Positions 35,551 to 44,629 of a DNA stretch of 64,000 nucleotides are shown here, piece by piece. Both the position numbers and the translations under genes were made by a program. Below the pieces are notes generated by a model. That model had not been told where the DNA came from. It ran no database searches and saw only the letters and a list, made by a program, of their open reading frames with translations. Location of the stretch: IMG/VR virus record IMGVR_UViG_3300020048_000007, positions 1-64,000 of that record. One strand, written 5' to 3'. The stretch comes from a virus. Its lineage: Duplodnaviria; Caudoviricetes. The first letter of the stretch is position 1. Each line of letters opens with the position of its first letter.

Positions 35551-38500
35551 ATCATAACACTCCATACTCTTTTGCCAACGACCATGTGAGATGCTTCCTT
35601 ACCAGATGACGCTTGCATAGCATGAATATAGTCCGCATCAGTAGCCATCGCCAATAAGGGCGACGCAGCAGGAGGAGAGACCGCAGGAGGTGACACCGCA
35701 GGAGGTGATACTGCTGGAGGAGAGACCGCAGGAGGAGAGACCGCAGGAGGTGAGACCGCAGGAGGTGAGACTGCAGGAGGTGATACCGCAGGAGGTGATA
35801 CCGCAGGTGGTGAGGCTGCTGGTGGCGAAGCTGCTGGTGGCGAAGCTGCGGGTGGTGAGGCTGCGGGTGGTGAGGCTGCTGGCGGCGAAGCTGCGGGTGG
35901 TGAGGCTGCAGGCGGTGAGGCTGCTGGCGGCGAAGCTGCGGGTGGTGAGGCTGCAGGCGGAGATATGGCGGGTGGTGAAATAGCGGGCGGTAGAGCCGCA
36001 GGTGGCGCTGCTGCTGGCGGTGCTGCAGCAGGAGGTGATGCAGCGGGTGGTGAAACACTTGAGGACGAAGATGAGGAAGCAGATGATGAGGACGGAGTAC
36101 CACCGCAACCGAGGAATGTAATCGCGTACTGCACTGACGGAGCCCTGAATTCACACATAGTGAGCTCATTAGCGATATTGCTAAGAATATCTCTTGCTTT
36201 GCCATCCAAAGAATTAATGTAATCTTTTACCTGCAAACCCCATTTCTCATCGATCTGAGCTAATAGTGTCTTGTACTTATCCGCATATCCTTGAAGCATC
36301 TCAGACAGTTTCATGGTGGCATTAACTTCCACCGTATTAGATGCAGGACCTTTTGGTACTCTGGCAACAAATGGGTCTGTCGGAGAAGTGTCAATATTGG
36401 GATTGATAATAGTAATATTAAAGCAACTATCTAAAGTGATTGCTCTATTTAATCTGGATGCGATAATCCTGTTTGGCGCGACGTTTAAAACATTTAATGG
36501 TGCCTTCGTCAAGACGAGTTTACAGCCATTATCGCCATTGTTTACGATTTGTATGTCAACTATGGCTTCATTTGTTAGGCCACTACCGTCGACATAGTTT
36601 ACACCGCTTACTTTGCAAATCCCATCAGCTGGTTCGCCTTGCAAGCCGATAAGACCTTTTGGTCCATCACTAAAACCATCAGGGCCAGCAGGGCCTGCCG
36701 GACCAGTCTGACCTTTTGTCCCAGTCGGGCCTGGGTTATAGAATAAAAATCCTTTTTTGTATGCATCACTAATCCTAAAGTCAATATATTCGGTCTGTGT
36801 CTCTTGGTTTAACCCATTTGTGACACATCCATTTCTTCCGGTAATAGTTATACTGTTACTGACTATTTTGATATCGCCAGAAATCACACCATGCGGGTTG
36901 TCACGAGATTTTAATTTTTCCCTATTGTCTATTAAGATACCGAACCCACCAGGGGCGGCTGGTACCCGATCTATGGCAGTCTTCTCAGCTCCGCTAATGA
37001 GACCGCAATTATCTGCGGACGCGAGTACACCATCAGCTGTTGTCCCCGTCCGCACCCATTCCTTCAGAGAGCTGTAGTAAACCCACCGAACACCACCGTA
37101 ATCTATTCTGGTATCGACGTATTCGCTCAAACTGTTTGGTACAAGCTCAGTCCTCAGACTACTACAATCTAGATAGCTTGCACCATTAACAAGAGCTGCA
37201 CCATCAGGCCCCACTGATAGAGGTAAAACACCAAAACACTTGGCATCAGAATCTAATGTGTCATAGTTAATCGGAGCAATATCGATTACCGACCCGCATT
37301 CATAGCTTGGAACATTGGTGATGACTGGAGGGGAGGCAACTACCTGTTTTTCTAGCTGTGTGTATGTTATGATTCTTGGTGACGATGGTGAAGATTCTGA
37401 TGGTATGTCTATGACTTCTTCAGCGACCTGCGCTAAGATATCGTCACCATTAGTTCCTGGCAATGACGGGTTAATAGGTCCCGATTCGGTGTTTGGAAGA
37501 GCGATAGGTAATTGTTTTGGGGGGTCTGGTATGATTATAGGATCTGGTTGAATAACTGGGGGTGGCACGTATGGCGGAACGATCGGCGTGATAACCTGCT
37601 TTGGAGTTCCTGAGCCTCTATTATAAATCGCCAGAACATCATAGCCAGTTATGTCTGTGTCGTAAACTCTGACGTCGTCATAATATGATAAACCTGGCAA
37701 GCTAAATTTAAAGCCAGCAGATCCTAAACGATCGCTATACGTATAAGGTGTTGGATCTGGTCTGCCAAAGTAACCAGTGTTTTTAGAATCTTTGAAACGC
37801 CCAAATCCAAGTGGGGTTCGGTGATCAGTGTCAAGCCACGAAAAATTGGTATTATAAAAATTGATATTGAATTCAGAAAATGGCTTGCCGTCTTTATAGA
37901 TGATTAACCTTTGGTATTGGTGTGAGTAGACCATCGCAAAATGTGAAAAATCAGGGTATACTGCTATCTCCGGGAACGGTATCGTCGTAGGTCCCGGTAA
38001 GTCAAGGACGTAACCCTTATCACTATGCATAATCATACCGAACATACTATACAAATATAGTTCGAATTGATTTCTATTTGTTGTCTGTAGAATACCGTCT
38101 TGATCTACAGTTCTAATTGGGCTAAAATCATTATATCCGACGGCCATCCAAAAGCAGAGAGACGTGTTGCGGTACTTCGAGTTAAATAGGTTAGAATTAG
38201 GCCAATTATTGTAAGCAGTATCGTTAAAATCTGTAATCACGGAATTGGGTGATATGACTACATCTCTATTATCCTTACCAATCCTAAGGCATTCACCTAC
38301 CGCACCGATTTCGAAACTACAACCACTTTTATACAAATTGTACGGCATGCTTGACACTTTGCCGCCATACGTTGCCTTATAGGGCTTCGGATTCACTGAG
38401 TCATATGTAAAATTGCCTCTACCAAATGCTGTTATCTCCTCCGGCGTCTGTGTTATGCCAGAGTCAGAATCAAATTTTAAGTGCCTTCTTGGCTCTATCC

Positions 38501-39332
38501 CTAAACCTTCTAATTTATCCTGTTCTTCGCTAGGATTATTAAAATTGTAGATCTCTTCCGTCGGTTTTGAAGCAGGGATTCTTACGGAGTTGAATTTATC
38601 ATCGTATATTCTTAAATCATCCAGACAACCATTCAACCTTATCTGGTTGATTAATAATGCTCCAAAAGAAAAGTCGATATTAAGGTTTGTGCTAACTAGT
38701 GTCTTTTCATCATTAACACTAACCTCTATATCAGCTTGAGAGCTCGCTTGTGGTTTAGGTTTAACGGTTATTGCTACAAAATACCAGACATCTCTCTCTA
38801 TTTTAGGGCCGAACTGCGTGGATTTGCCGTTATAAGTAAAATTAAAAAAACTCGTCTTGGTGTTTAAAATAACCGCCAGTCCACCACCGTTGCCTAAAAA
38901 CTCAATTCTAGGCACCAAATCACCATAAATTGAAGTCGGTGGCGAATTTGGTGTAGAGCCAGTGGGAAAACCTAGAACATTGTATTCTAAGCTGGAATAT
39001 TTCAGCCAACAAGTTATTCTAGTACCATCTTTTATGCGAGTCACAACAGGGTTAGCGAGCTGGTTAGTGTTCGGGCTCCCGAACTTTAAAGAAGCATAGC
39101 CCTTAAAACATTGCCCAAGCTTACCATCTGTTAAAAATTCACCATCACCCAGTAATGTACAGCCAGAATGTTTCGTGCCATTCCAGTCAGCTACGAGAAA
39201 ACCATCAGGAAACATTTCCGGCTTTGGCAGCGGTTTGCCGTTTTTATCGGTCGCAAATTGGTAAACGTCATCAAGTACTACTACGCTATCATGCAGGTTG
39301 CCATTAAACTTCCAATAATGTAGCAGGCCCAT
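35547..39332 (-). CDS. Tail spike/fibre-like protein: two LamG (ConA-like) domains, collagen segment, C-terminal SPPAA repeats, 1261 aa
   Basis: LLHYWKFNGNLHDSV...ITCWLK...WYFVAITV...LDDLRIYD; second domain LCFWM...HFAMVY...YKDGK...DDVRVYD; GPTGTKGQTGPAGPAGPDG. Confidence 0.75.
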   Translation of the reverse strand: MGLLHYWKFNGNLHDSVVVLDDVYQFATDKNGKPLPKPEMFPDGFLVADWNGTKHSGCTLLGDGEFLTDGKLGQCFKGYASLKFGSPNTNQLANPVVTRIKDGTRITCWLKYSSLEYNVLGFPTGSTPNSPPTSIYGDLVPRIEFLGNGGGLAVILNTKTSFFNFTYNGKSTQFGPKIERDVWYFVAITVKPKPQASSQADIEVSVNDEKTLVSTNLNIDFSFGALLINQIRLNGCLDDLRIYDDKFNSVRIPASKPTEEIYNFNNPSEEQDKLEGLGIEPRRHLKFDSDSGITQTPEEITAFGRGNFTYDSVNPKPYKATYGGKVSSMPYNLYKSGCSFEIGAVGECLRIGKDNRDVVISPNSVITDFNDTAYNNWPNSNLFNSKYRNTSLCFWMAVGYNDFSPIRTVDQDGILQTTNRNQFELYLYSMFGMIMHSDKGYVLDLPGPTTIPFPEIAVYPDFSHFAMVYSHQYQRLIIYKDGKPFSEFNINFYNTNFSWLDTDHRTPLGFGRFKDSKNTGYFGRPDPTPYTYSDRLGSAGFKFSLPGLSYYDDVRVYDTDITGYDVLAIYNRGSGTPKQVITPIVPPYVPPPVIQPDPIIIPDPPKQLPIALPNTESGPINPSLPGTNGDDILAQVAEEVIDIPSESSPSSPRIITYTQLEKQVVASPPVITNVPSYECGSVIDIAPINYDTLDSDAKCFGVLPLSVGPDGAALVNGASYLDCSSLRTELVPNSLSEYVDTRIDYGGVRWVYYSSLKEWVRTGTTADGVLASADNCGLISGAEKTAIDRVPAAPGGFGILIDNREKLKSRDNPHGVISGDIKIVSNSITITGRNGCVTNGLNQETQTEYIDFRISDAYKKGFLFYNPGPTGTKGQTGPAGPAGPDGFSDGPKGLIGLQGEPADGICKVSGVNYVDGSGLTNEAIVDIQIVNNGDNGCKLVLTKAPLNVLNVAPNRIIASRLNRAITLDSCFNITIINPNIDTSPTDPFVARVPKGPASNTVEVNATMKLSEMLQGYADKYKTLLAQIDEKWGLQVKDYINSLDGKARDILSNIANELTMCEFRAPSVQYAITFLGCGGTPSSSSASSSSSSSVSPPAASPPAAAPPAAAPPAALPPAISPPAISPPAASPPAASPPAASPPAASPPAASPPAASPPAASPPAASPPAASPPAASPPAVSPPAVSPPAVSPPAVSPPAVSPPAVSPPAVSPPAVSPPAVSPPAASPLLAMATDADYIHAMQASSGKEASHMVVGKRVWSVMI
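35664..36053 (-). repeat. 15-bp degenerate tandem repeat, 26 units, encoding (S/A/L)PPA(A/V/I)
   Basis: 390 nt from TCA at 36053 to the last SPPAA at 35664; synonymous variation between units. Confidence 0.95.
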
Positions 39333-39404
39333 TTGGTTTCTCGTAATGGCTAGTGGCTTATTATCTTATCTTTAATTACTGAATATTCAATCATCACAAA
39401 AGCC

Positions 39405-39428
39405 AATATATCTGGATTAAAATAGATT
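39405..39428. promoter_or_regulatory. Back-to-back promoter-motif variants (AGATATATT on minus, AAATAGATT on plus)
   Basis: Divergent gap 39333-39442; AAAGGAG SD before 39443. Confidence 0.4.
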
Positions 39429-39442
39429 AGACAAAGGAGACC

Positions 39443-40912
39443 GTGATGCCAGACTTCGTCGCACTTAAAGTAAAAGAAGCAAACCAAGACCAATTACTAA
39501 AGAACCCAAACGTAATCGGCACAGGAATAGGCAACAAAATAATAGATGGCAACAGGCAATCTGCTATCATCGTCTTCGTAGAACAAAAACTGCCAAAAGA
39601 CGAAGTAATAGCAAAATACTCAGCCGAAGAGTTGATACCAAAAACACTACAAGGTATACCCACAAGAATTATAGAAACTGGAAAAATAGTCCCACAAGGA
39701 TTTATGGAAAGAGTAAGACCAATCAGACCGGGGTATAGCTCAGGACACGCAACCATAACAGCAGGGACAATAGGTGGAATATTCAAAGACAAAGACGGTG
39801 ACATAGTCGCGCTATCAAATAACCACGTCTTTGCTGCAGAAAATCGGGCTCTAATAGGTGACCCAATCTACCAGCCAGGACGCATGGACGCACAAGCTGG
39901 CAGCATAATGTTCACAAACTGGGATCAGCCCGTATCTAATAAGCCCTACTTCGGGACACTGAAAAAATTCATGGCCCTAAATAGGTCAAATAACCTACAT
40001 GATTCTGCCATAGCGAAAATACACCCATCATACGTCGACAGTGGTTTAATTGACACAAGATATCCACAGCTTGATAAGCCTCTGGCAGGGATTGCCTCGG
40101 CAGCAATCAACCAAGACGTACAGAAGTGTGGTAGGACGACAGGTCTCACAGCAGGCAAAGTGGTGGCGTTACACGGCTCATTTACCATCGGATATGATTT
40201 TGGGCAAGCGAGGTTTAATGATTGTATAGTGCTGACTGGAATGAGTGCTGGAGGTGATAGCGGGAGCGTTATCATGGATACCAACATGAATGCAGTCGGC
40301 TTACTTTTTGCAGGCAGCGGTAAGGTCACTCTTGCCAGCCCGATTCAGTATGTCATTTCTGAATATGGCTTGACAGTTTACAACGACCAGATAAAATCTC
40401 AATCTGCTGAACATTCCAAAGATTGGACCATGCATTCTGCGAACGGTGTGGTCATCGGCACTCCAGCCACCATGACTGTTAAGTCGAATAATAATTCAGC
40501 ATGTTACGTCGAAAGGAAAATCGGCAGGGCTAATTCGATAAGTGTCAAGATTAACACGATGAACGATAAGGATACTGATTTCGGACCGTCACTCGCCTTA
40601 CTATTTGATGATAATTTCATCAAATTAACATTGGGCTCTGATGGAGTGTCGCTTAGCACCAAGGATTCAATGATAAAATCGGACCTTAAGCCTTTACAGT
40701 CCACCGAGTATATGTTGAGATTGCGCTTGAGGGGCAACGTTTGGAATGCTGATATCCTTGACGATACCGATTGGGTTTCGATCGGGTCAGTATCCATCGC
40801 CGCTGATCCTATTTTGGCCAGGATCGGTAAGCTAGATAAAGCTGCTTCCTGCAGCATGGAGCAGGGAAGCAGCCAAGTATCTTCTTATTATAGTGATTTC
40901 AAGATCAGTTGA
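39443..40912 (+). CDS. Nal1-like trypsin (S1) serine protease with an N-terminal prodomain and a C-terminal beta domain
   Basis: NVIGTGIG...AIIVFVEQKLP...GIPTRIIETG N-domain; catalytic triad LSNNHVFA (His), HDSAIA (Asp), GGDSGS (Ser). Confidence 0.85.
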   Translation: MMPDFVALKVKEANQDQLLKNPNVIGTGIGNKIIDGNRQSAIIVFVEQKLPKDEVIAKYSAEELIPKTLQGIPTRIIETGKIVPQGFMERVRPIRPGYSSGHATITAGTIGGIFKDKDGDIVALSNNHVFAAENRALIGDPIYQPGRMDAQAGSIMFTNWDQPVSNKPYFGTLKKFMALNRSNNLHDSAIAKIHPSYVDSGLIDTRYPQLDKPLAGIASAAINQDVQKCGRTTGLTAGKVVALHGSFTIGYDFGQARFNDCIVLTGMSAGGDSGSVIMDTNMNAVGLLFAGSGKVTLASPIQYVISEYGLTVYNDQIKSQSAEHSKDWTMHSANGVVIGTPATMTVKSNNNSACYVERKIGRANSISVKINTMNDKDTDFGPSLALLFDDNFIKLTLGSDGVSLSTKDSMIKSDLKPLQSTEYMLRLRLRGNVWNADILDDTDWVSIGSVSIAADPILARIGKLDKAASCSMEQGSSQVSSYYSDFKIS

Positions 40913-41288
40913 CGATTTCTGCGTCTTCTGTTTCGGTGCCGGTGTCTTTTTCGCCGTAGTGATCGTCTTCACAGACGATCCAACGGTTACTTGACCTTAT
41001 CCACATATCGTCATCGTCACCGTCTTCATCATCATCTTCGCCATCTTCATCGTCTTCATCGTCTTCTTCATCATCATCTTCGTCGTCTTCGTCTTCTTTT
41101 GTACCTAATCCCCATCCGTAGTCCCCGTCATCATCCTCTTCTTCTTCGTCATCTTCATAGTCGTCGTCATCTTCATCGTACTTAAGAATAACGTTACCTA
41201 GTTCTTCTAGGCGTGATACGTCATCGACTAGAAAGTCATAGGTAAATCGAAAAGGATCATGTTGCAACCACTTGGTGATTTTCAGCAT
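40905..41288 (-). CDS. Very acidic small protein (poly-Asp/Glu)
   Basis: Two long D/E tracts flanked by short aromatic segments (WLQHDPFRF, WIRSSNRWIVCED). Confidence 0.7.
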   Translation of the reverse strand: MLKITKWLQHDPFRFTYDFLVDDVSRLEELGNVILKYDEDDDDYEDDEEEEDDDGDYGWGLGTKEDEDDEDDDEEDDEDDEDGEDDDEDGDDDDMWIRSSNRWIVCEDDHYGEKDTGTETEDAEIVN

Positions 41289-41349
41289 GGCTCGTTCCCT
41301 CCATTCATGACATCCGTATGTTCAACAACTAAATACATCCTGATCCATT

Positions 41350-41361
41350 AAAATATATTTT
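41350..41361. promoter_or_regulatory. Palindromic promoter motif AAAATATATTTT serving a divergent gene pair
   Basis: A perfect 12-bp palindrome that reads AAATATATT on both strands, between 41288(-) and 41373(+). Confidence 0.55.
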
Positions 41362-41372
41362 GAGGCGAAACA

Positions 41373-41717
41373 ATGTTTGACAACTACGAAGATTTCTTCA
41401 AAAAAAGCGACGCTGATATTGAAGAATTGACATATGGCCAGATGATGCATGCTCTAGCTGGTGAGTCAGGCAGTACCAATCACTCACACACCACGAAAAC
41501 CCATACAGCCACTTCAATTCATCGTACCAATGAGTTGCCGCAAACGGCCAAAGCACAACGCCTAATAGACGGTAACTACTATGAATGGATAGAGGCTGAT
41601 AAAAAATGGATAAAAATCATAGAAGACAGCCCAGAACCACCAGCCCACTGGGAGCCAGGCTTATTCGATGGAGAAATCAGAAAATACATCCCATCAAACC
41701 CTGAGCACAGCCAATAA
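41373..41717 (+). CDS. Hypothetical protein, 114 aa
   Basis: GAGG SD; first gene of the plus-strand operon. Confidence 0.65.
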   Translation: MFDNYEDFFKKSDADIEELTYGQMMHALAGESGSTNHSHTTKTHTATSIHRTNELPQTAKAQRLIDGNYYEWIEADKKWIKIIEDSPEPPAHWEPGLFDGEIRKYIPSNPEHSQ

Positions 41718-42711
41718 AGACTGCATATATCGCCAGCAAAAAATCGATAAAGACACATACGTATGCAACCACAGAGGCTTCTGCCAAATACAAGACTGCA
41801 TAAACAGCGAACTCCACACACACTACAAAATAATAAAACAAAACATAGCAGCACCCAATAATATAAGCCTAGCAGCAGCGGTCCTAACCAGCAAAAGAAG
41901 AACACCCACCCTAAACAGAACATGCAGATTCCTCAAAGCAGCAGGAATCACAGAAATAGACATATATAACGACTCAGAACGAGAAGAACCACTTGGCATA
42001 TACGGCAACTGGCTTGTGGGTGCAACATCCACTTACATAAAAAGAAGAAAAGACTGGTACCTCATAATCCAAGACGACATATTCATAAGCAACGACACAC
42101 TATCAAGAATATCTAACCTCGACAATACCAAAATATACAGCCTATTCGCCCCGGAAAACATGGCGCCCAAAAACGGACCTGGCTGGTACACCATATCAAG
42201 ATACTACAACGGACCAAACTGCCTGCTAATACCAGCAGCCATACTAGAACAACTTATAACTAGCAAAACCGCACTAAGACACTGCATAGCGAGAAAAAAA
42301 CAACACTCAGCATACGACGACCTAGGAATATTCGAAGAACTAATAGAATCAGAAATACCGATATCATACCACTACCCAAACTTCACCATCCACTGGGCAA
42401 TCAATAGCACGCATAACAAAAAACAATACCACAAAAAAGTGCTGAGTAAAGCAGCGATAGGCACATACATAGCAGACCTTACAGGCATAACGCATACACC
42501 AACAATCAAAAGCACATCAAGATACACACCAGAAGAAATAATAAGCATATACCACGAAAAAGGCAACGTAACCTACCACTGCTCAACAGGAGAAATAAAT
42601 GGAGAATTCACATACGACCCAAAAGCATACTACATAGAGGTAAAAGAAGAAGGCAACAACACAGACCAAGCCATCATGAGCCTAACGGATAGAGTATTTT
42701 GGACCAAATAA
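41668..42711 (+). CDS. GT-A-like glycosyltransferase with an N-terminal Cys/His motif
   Basis: WYLIIQDDIFIS acidic motif; GIYGNW; YDDLG; N-terminal C..RQ...YVCNH...C....C. Confidence 0.55.
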   Translation: MEKSENTSHQTLSTANKDCIYRQQKIDKDTYVCNHRGFCQIQDCINSELHTHYKIIKQNIAAPNNISLAAAVLTSKRRTPTLNRTCRFLKAAGITEIDIYNDSEREEPLGIYGNWLVGATSTYIKRRKDWYLIIQDDIFISNDTLSRISNLDNTKIYSLFAPENMAPKNGPGWYTISRYYNGPNCLLIPAAILEQLITSKTALRHCIARKKQHSAYDDLGIFEELIESEIPISYHYPNFTIHWAINSTHNKKQYHKKVLSKAAIGTYIADLTGITHTPTIKSTSRYTPEEIISIYHEKGNVTYHCSTGEINGEFTYDPKAYYIEVKEEGNNTDQAIMSLTDRVFWTK

Positions 42712-43826
42712 CAGCCATACAGCAAAAACTTATAAACTACTCCCATAAATCGGAATACCTACTATATGAACAACCAGACCTAATAAAATCAACGATAAAC
42801 GAGCTCAAAGAAGACTTAATATACTATGCAAAATCACACACCCATGAAGTAGCAGAATACTGTGATAAAACAACACTTAAAAACTGGCAAAACGACTCAG
42901 TAAAATACTTCACAAATTATACTAGTGGTACGACAGGGAAGCCATTCTCATACCGTATATGGAAAGACATTTTTCTTAACATAGAAAAAGATAGCCACTA
43001 CGGGCTCATAAACCGAGAGTTTAAACTACCAAACCATGCTAAAGTCCTATATTTATGCCACAACCTACCCGAGACATCGATTAACCTCATAGACAGTAGA
43101 AAAAGCGATAACGTGATGCTCACGCATGGCTATATGCACACAGTAGACATAGCTCTAAAACACCAACTGTTCTATAACGACATTCACGAGTACATCAAAC
43201 AGATCCATAAGATATGCCAAGAAAAATCATATGATATAATAATGGCCACCAAAGAAATACTTGATCCCATGTGGTGGATGATAGAAAAAAAGAAAATAGA
43301 GCCAAAGCGGCTAGCACCGCTGCTAAGCTGCACAGGTAACTTCACGCCAGTGGATTTAATTAGACAATATCTAGAAGCAGGCATATTCGACAACGCTTGT
43401 GACCATATGAGATGCTGGGACGGCGGAGCATCTTTCTTCACATGCAAAGAAGGCACAAGGCACCTATGCGACAACCTATCACACTGCCAAGTCACACATG
43501 ATTACAAGCTCTTATCAGATGATTACTTTAGCCTACCAAACCCATTCATAAATTACTGGAACGGTGATCATGCACAGTTAATTGACAGCTACGAGAAGTG
43601 CAAATGCGGACGATATTTCAGACCATTTAGGGTGTTTTTAACCGAAGACGCAGGCATAGGATGGTTTCTTAACGAGTTTCCGGATAAATCAATCATCAAA
43701 AGGATTTTAACAAATGGACGCTATCTTAGAGTAGTTATTATCAAACCGCTTGCCAACGAGACTTTCAAACGGCTAGTCAAGGCCGCTTATCCGAGACACT
43801 TAGATATCGTGGTGGAGGAACCTTGA
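42699..43826 (+). CDS. CapK/PaaK-like (phenylacetate-CoA ligase family) adenylate-forming enzyme
   Basis: YTSGTTGKPF P-loop; INYWNGD; CKCGR. Confidence 0.75.
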   Translation: MDQITAIQQKLINYSHKSEYLLYEQPDLIKSTINELKEDLIYYAKSHTHEVAEYCDKTTLKNWQNDSVKYFTNYTSGTTGKPFSYRIWKDIFLNIEKDSHYGLINREFKLPNHAKVLYLCHNLPETSINLIDSRKSDNVMLTHGYMHTVDIALKHQLFYNDIHEYIKQIHKICQEKSYDIIMATKEILDPMWWMIEKKKIEPKRLAPLLSCTGNFTPVDLIRQYLEAGIFDNACDHMRCWDGGASFFTCKEGTRHLCDNLSHCQVTHDYKLLSDDYFSLPNPFINYWNGDHAQLIDSYEKCKCGRYFRPFRVFLTEDAGIGWFLNEFPDKSIIKRILTNGRYLRVVIIKPLANETFKRLVKAAYPRHLDIVVEEP

Positions 43827-44629
43827 AAGAATTATTGGAATTCACCAAGAAGCTATATGAATTGTCAGACATAAGCAAAGAGATAGCTCAGTTACTTGAA
43901 AAAATCAATCACAAGATACCGCTTCAAGACCCAGCACCAATAAAGATAACCGATGATAAACCAGTAGGTCTCATCGACATACTCGAATGGCCAGCTGCAG
44001 ATAAAGACGCTGTGGAGTACGAGTCCAGCCCATTCTTAAAAGAATTGCTGGAACTTAATGATGGCCCCATTCTGGAACTGATTCCGGATACGCACCAATC
44101 ATTACTGACACACAAGCTTAACAGAACCTACGATTGTATTACCTCAGAGAACCATCCAGGTGACATAGTTAGGCTTTTGAACTGGCCCGATAAAACATAC
44201 GACCTCATAATATTAAACCATTACCTTGAGTTAAATGAATCGCCTATAGAAATATTAAAAAATTGTAAAAAACATCTAAATGAAAAAGGTAAACTATACA
44301 TCATCATACGACCTTGGACGTCCAGCAACGGTGGGTATCAATCAGACTATATGAATAAAGCGTTTCTACACTTATGCTATGATTTAACTCACAATGAAGA
44401 CATAAAGAATAAATTTAAAGATCCACGGGCTGACATCCAGTATCTAAGTGAATCGGCTGGCCTAAATGTCCTTAACAAAAACTTCCATACACTGCCACTA
44501 CCAGACTACATCACCAAAAACGACTCTATATTAAACAGAATAATCAGCAGAACATGGGGCAATATCAGGACAAGGAACGCCTTGTCCATACTAGAAATCG
44601 TTGGTATGGAGGTAGTACTAGGACGATGA
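43823..44629 (+). CDS. Class I SAM-dependent methyltransferase-like protein
   Basis: YDLIILNHYLE...EILKNCKKHLNEKGKLYI post-motif pattern; the SAM-binding Gly loop is degenerate. Confidence 0.6.
   Translation: MKELLEFTKKLYELSDISKEIAQLLEKINHKIPLQDPAPIKITDDKPVGLIDILEWPAADKDAVEYESSPFLKELLELNDGPILELIPDTHQSLLTHKLNRTYDCITSENHPGDIVRLLNWPDKTYDLIILNHYLELNESPIEILKNCKKHLNEKGKLYIIIRPWTSSNGGYQSDYMNKAFLHLCYDLTHNEDIKNKFKDPRADIQYLSESAGLNVLNKNFHTLPLPDYITKNDSILNRIISRTWGNIRTRNALSILEIVGMEVVLGR

Noticed and set aside
35664-36053. CRISPR array
   Set aside because: Contiguous 15-bp degenerate units with no unique spacers, in frame within a CDS.
35552-36222. Alternative-frame ORFs over the SPPAA tract (35552-36205, 35638-36108, 35690-35983, 35965-36222)
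   Set aside because: They are stop-free by-products of a GC-rich repeat, with no SD and low-complexity translations.
41579-41923. Hydrophobic Cys/Leu-rich minus-strand ORF resembling a membrane protein
   Set aside because: It is the antisense shadow of the extremely A+C-rich plus-strand genes; the G/T-rich complement gives stop-poor hydrophobic frames.
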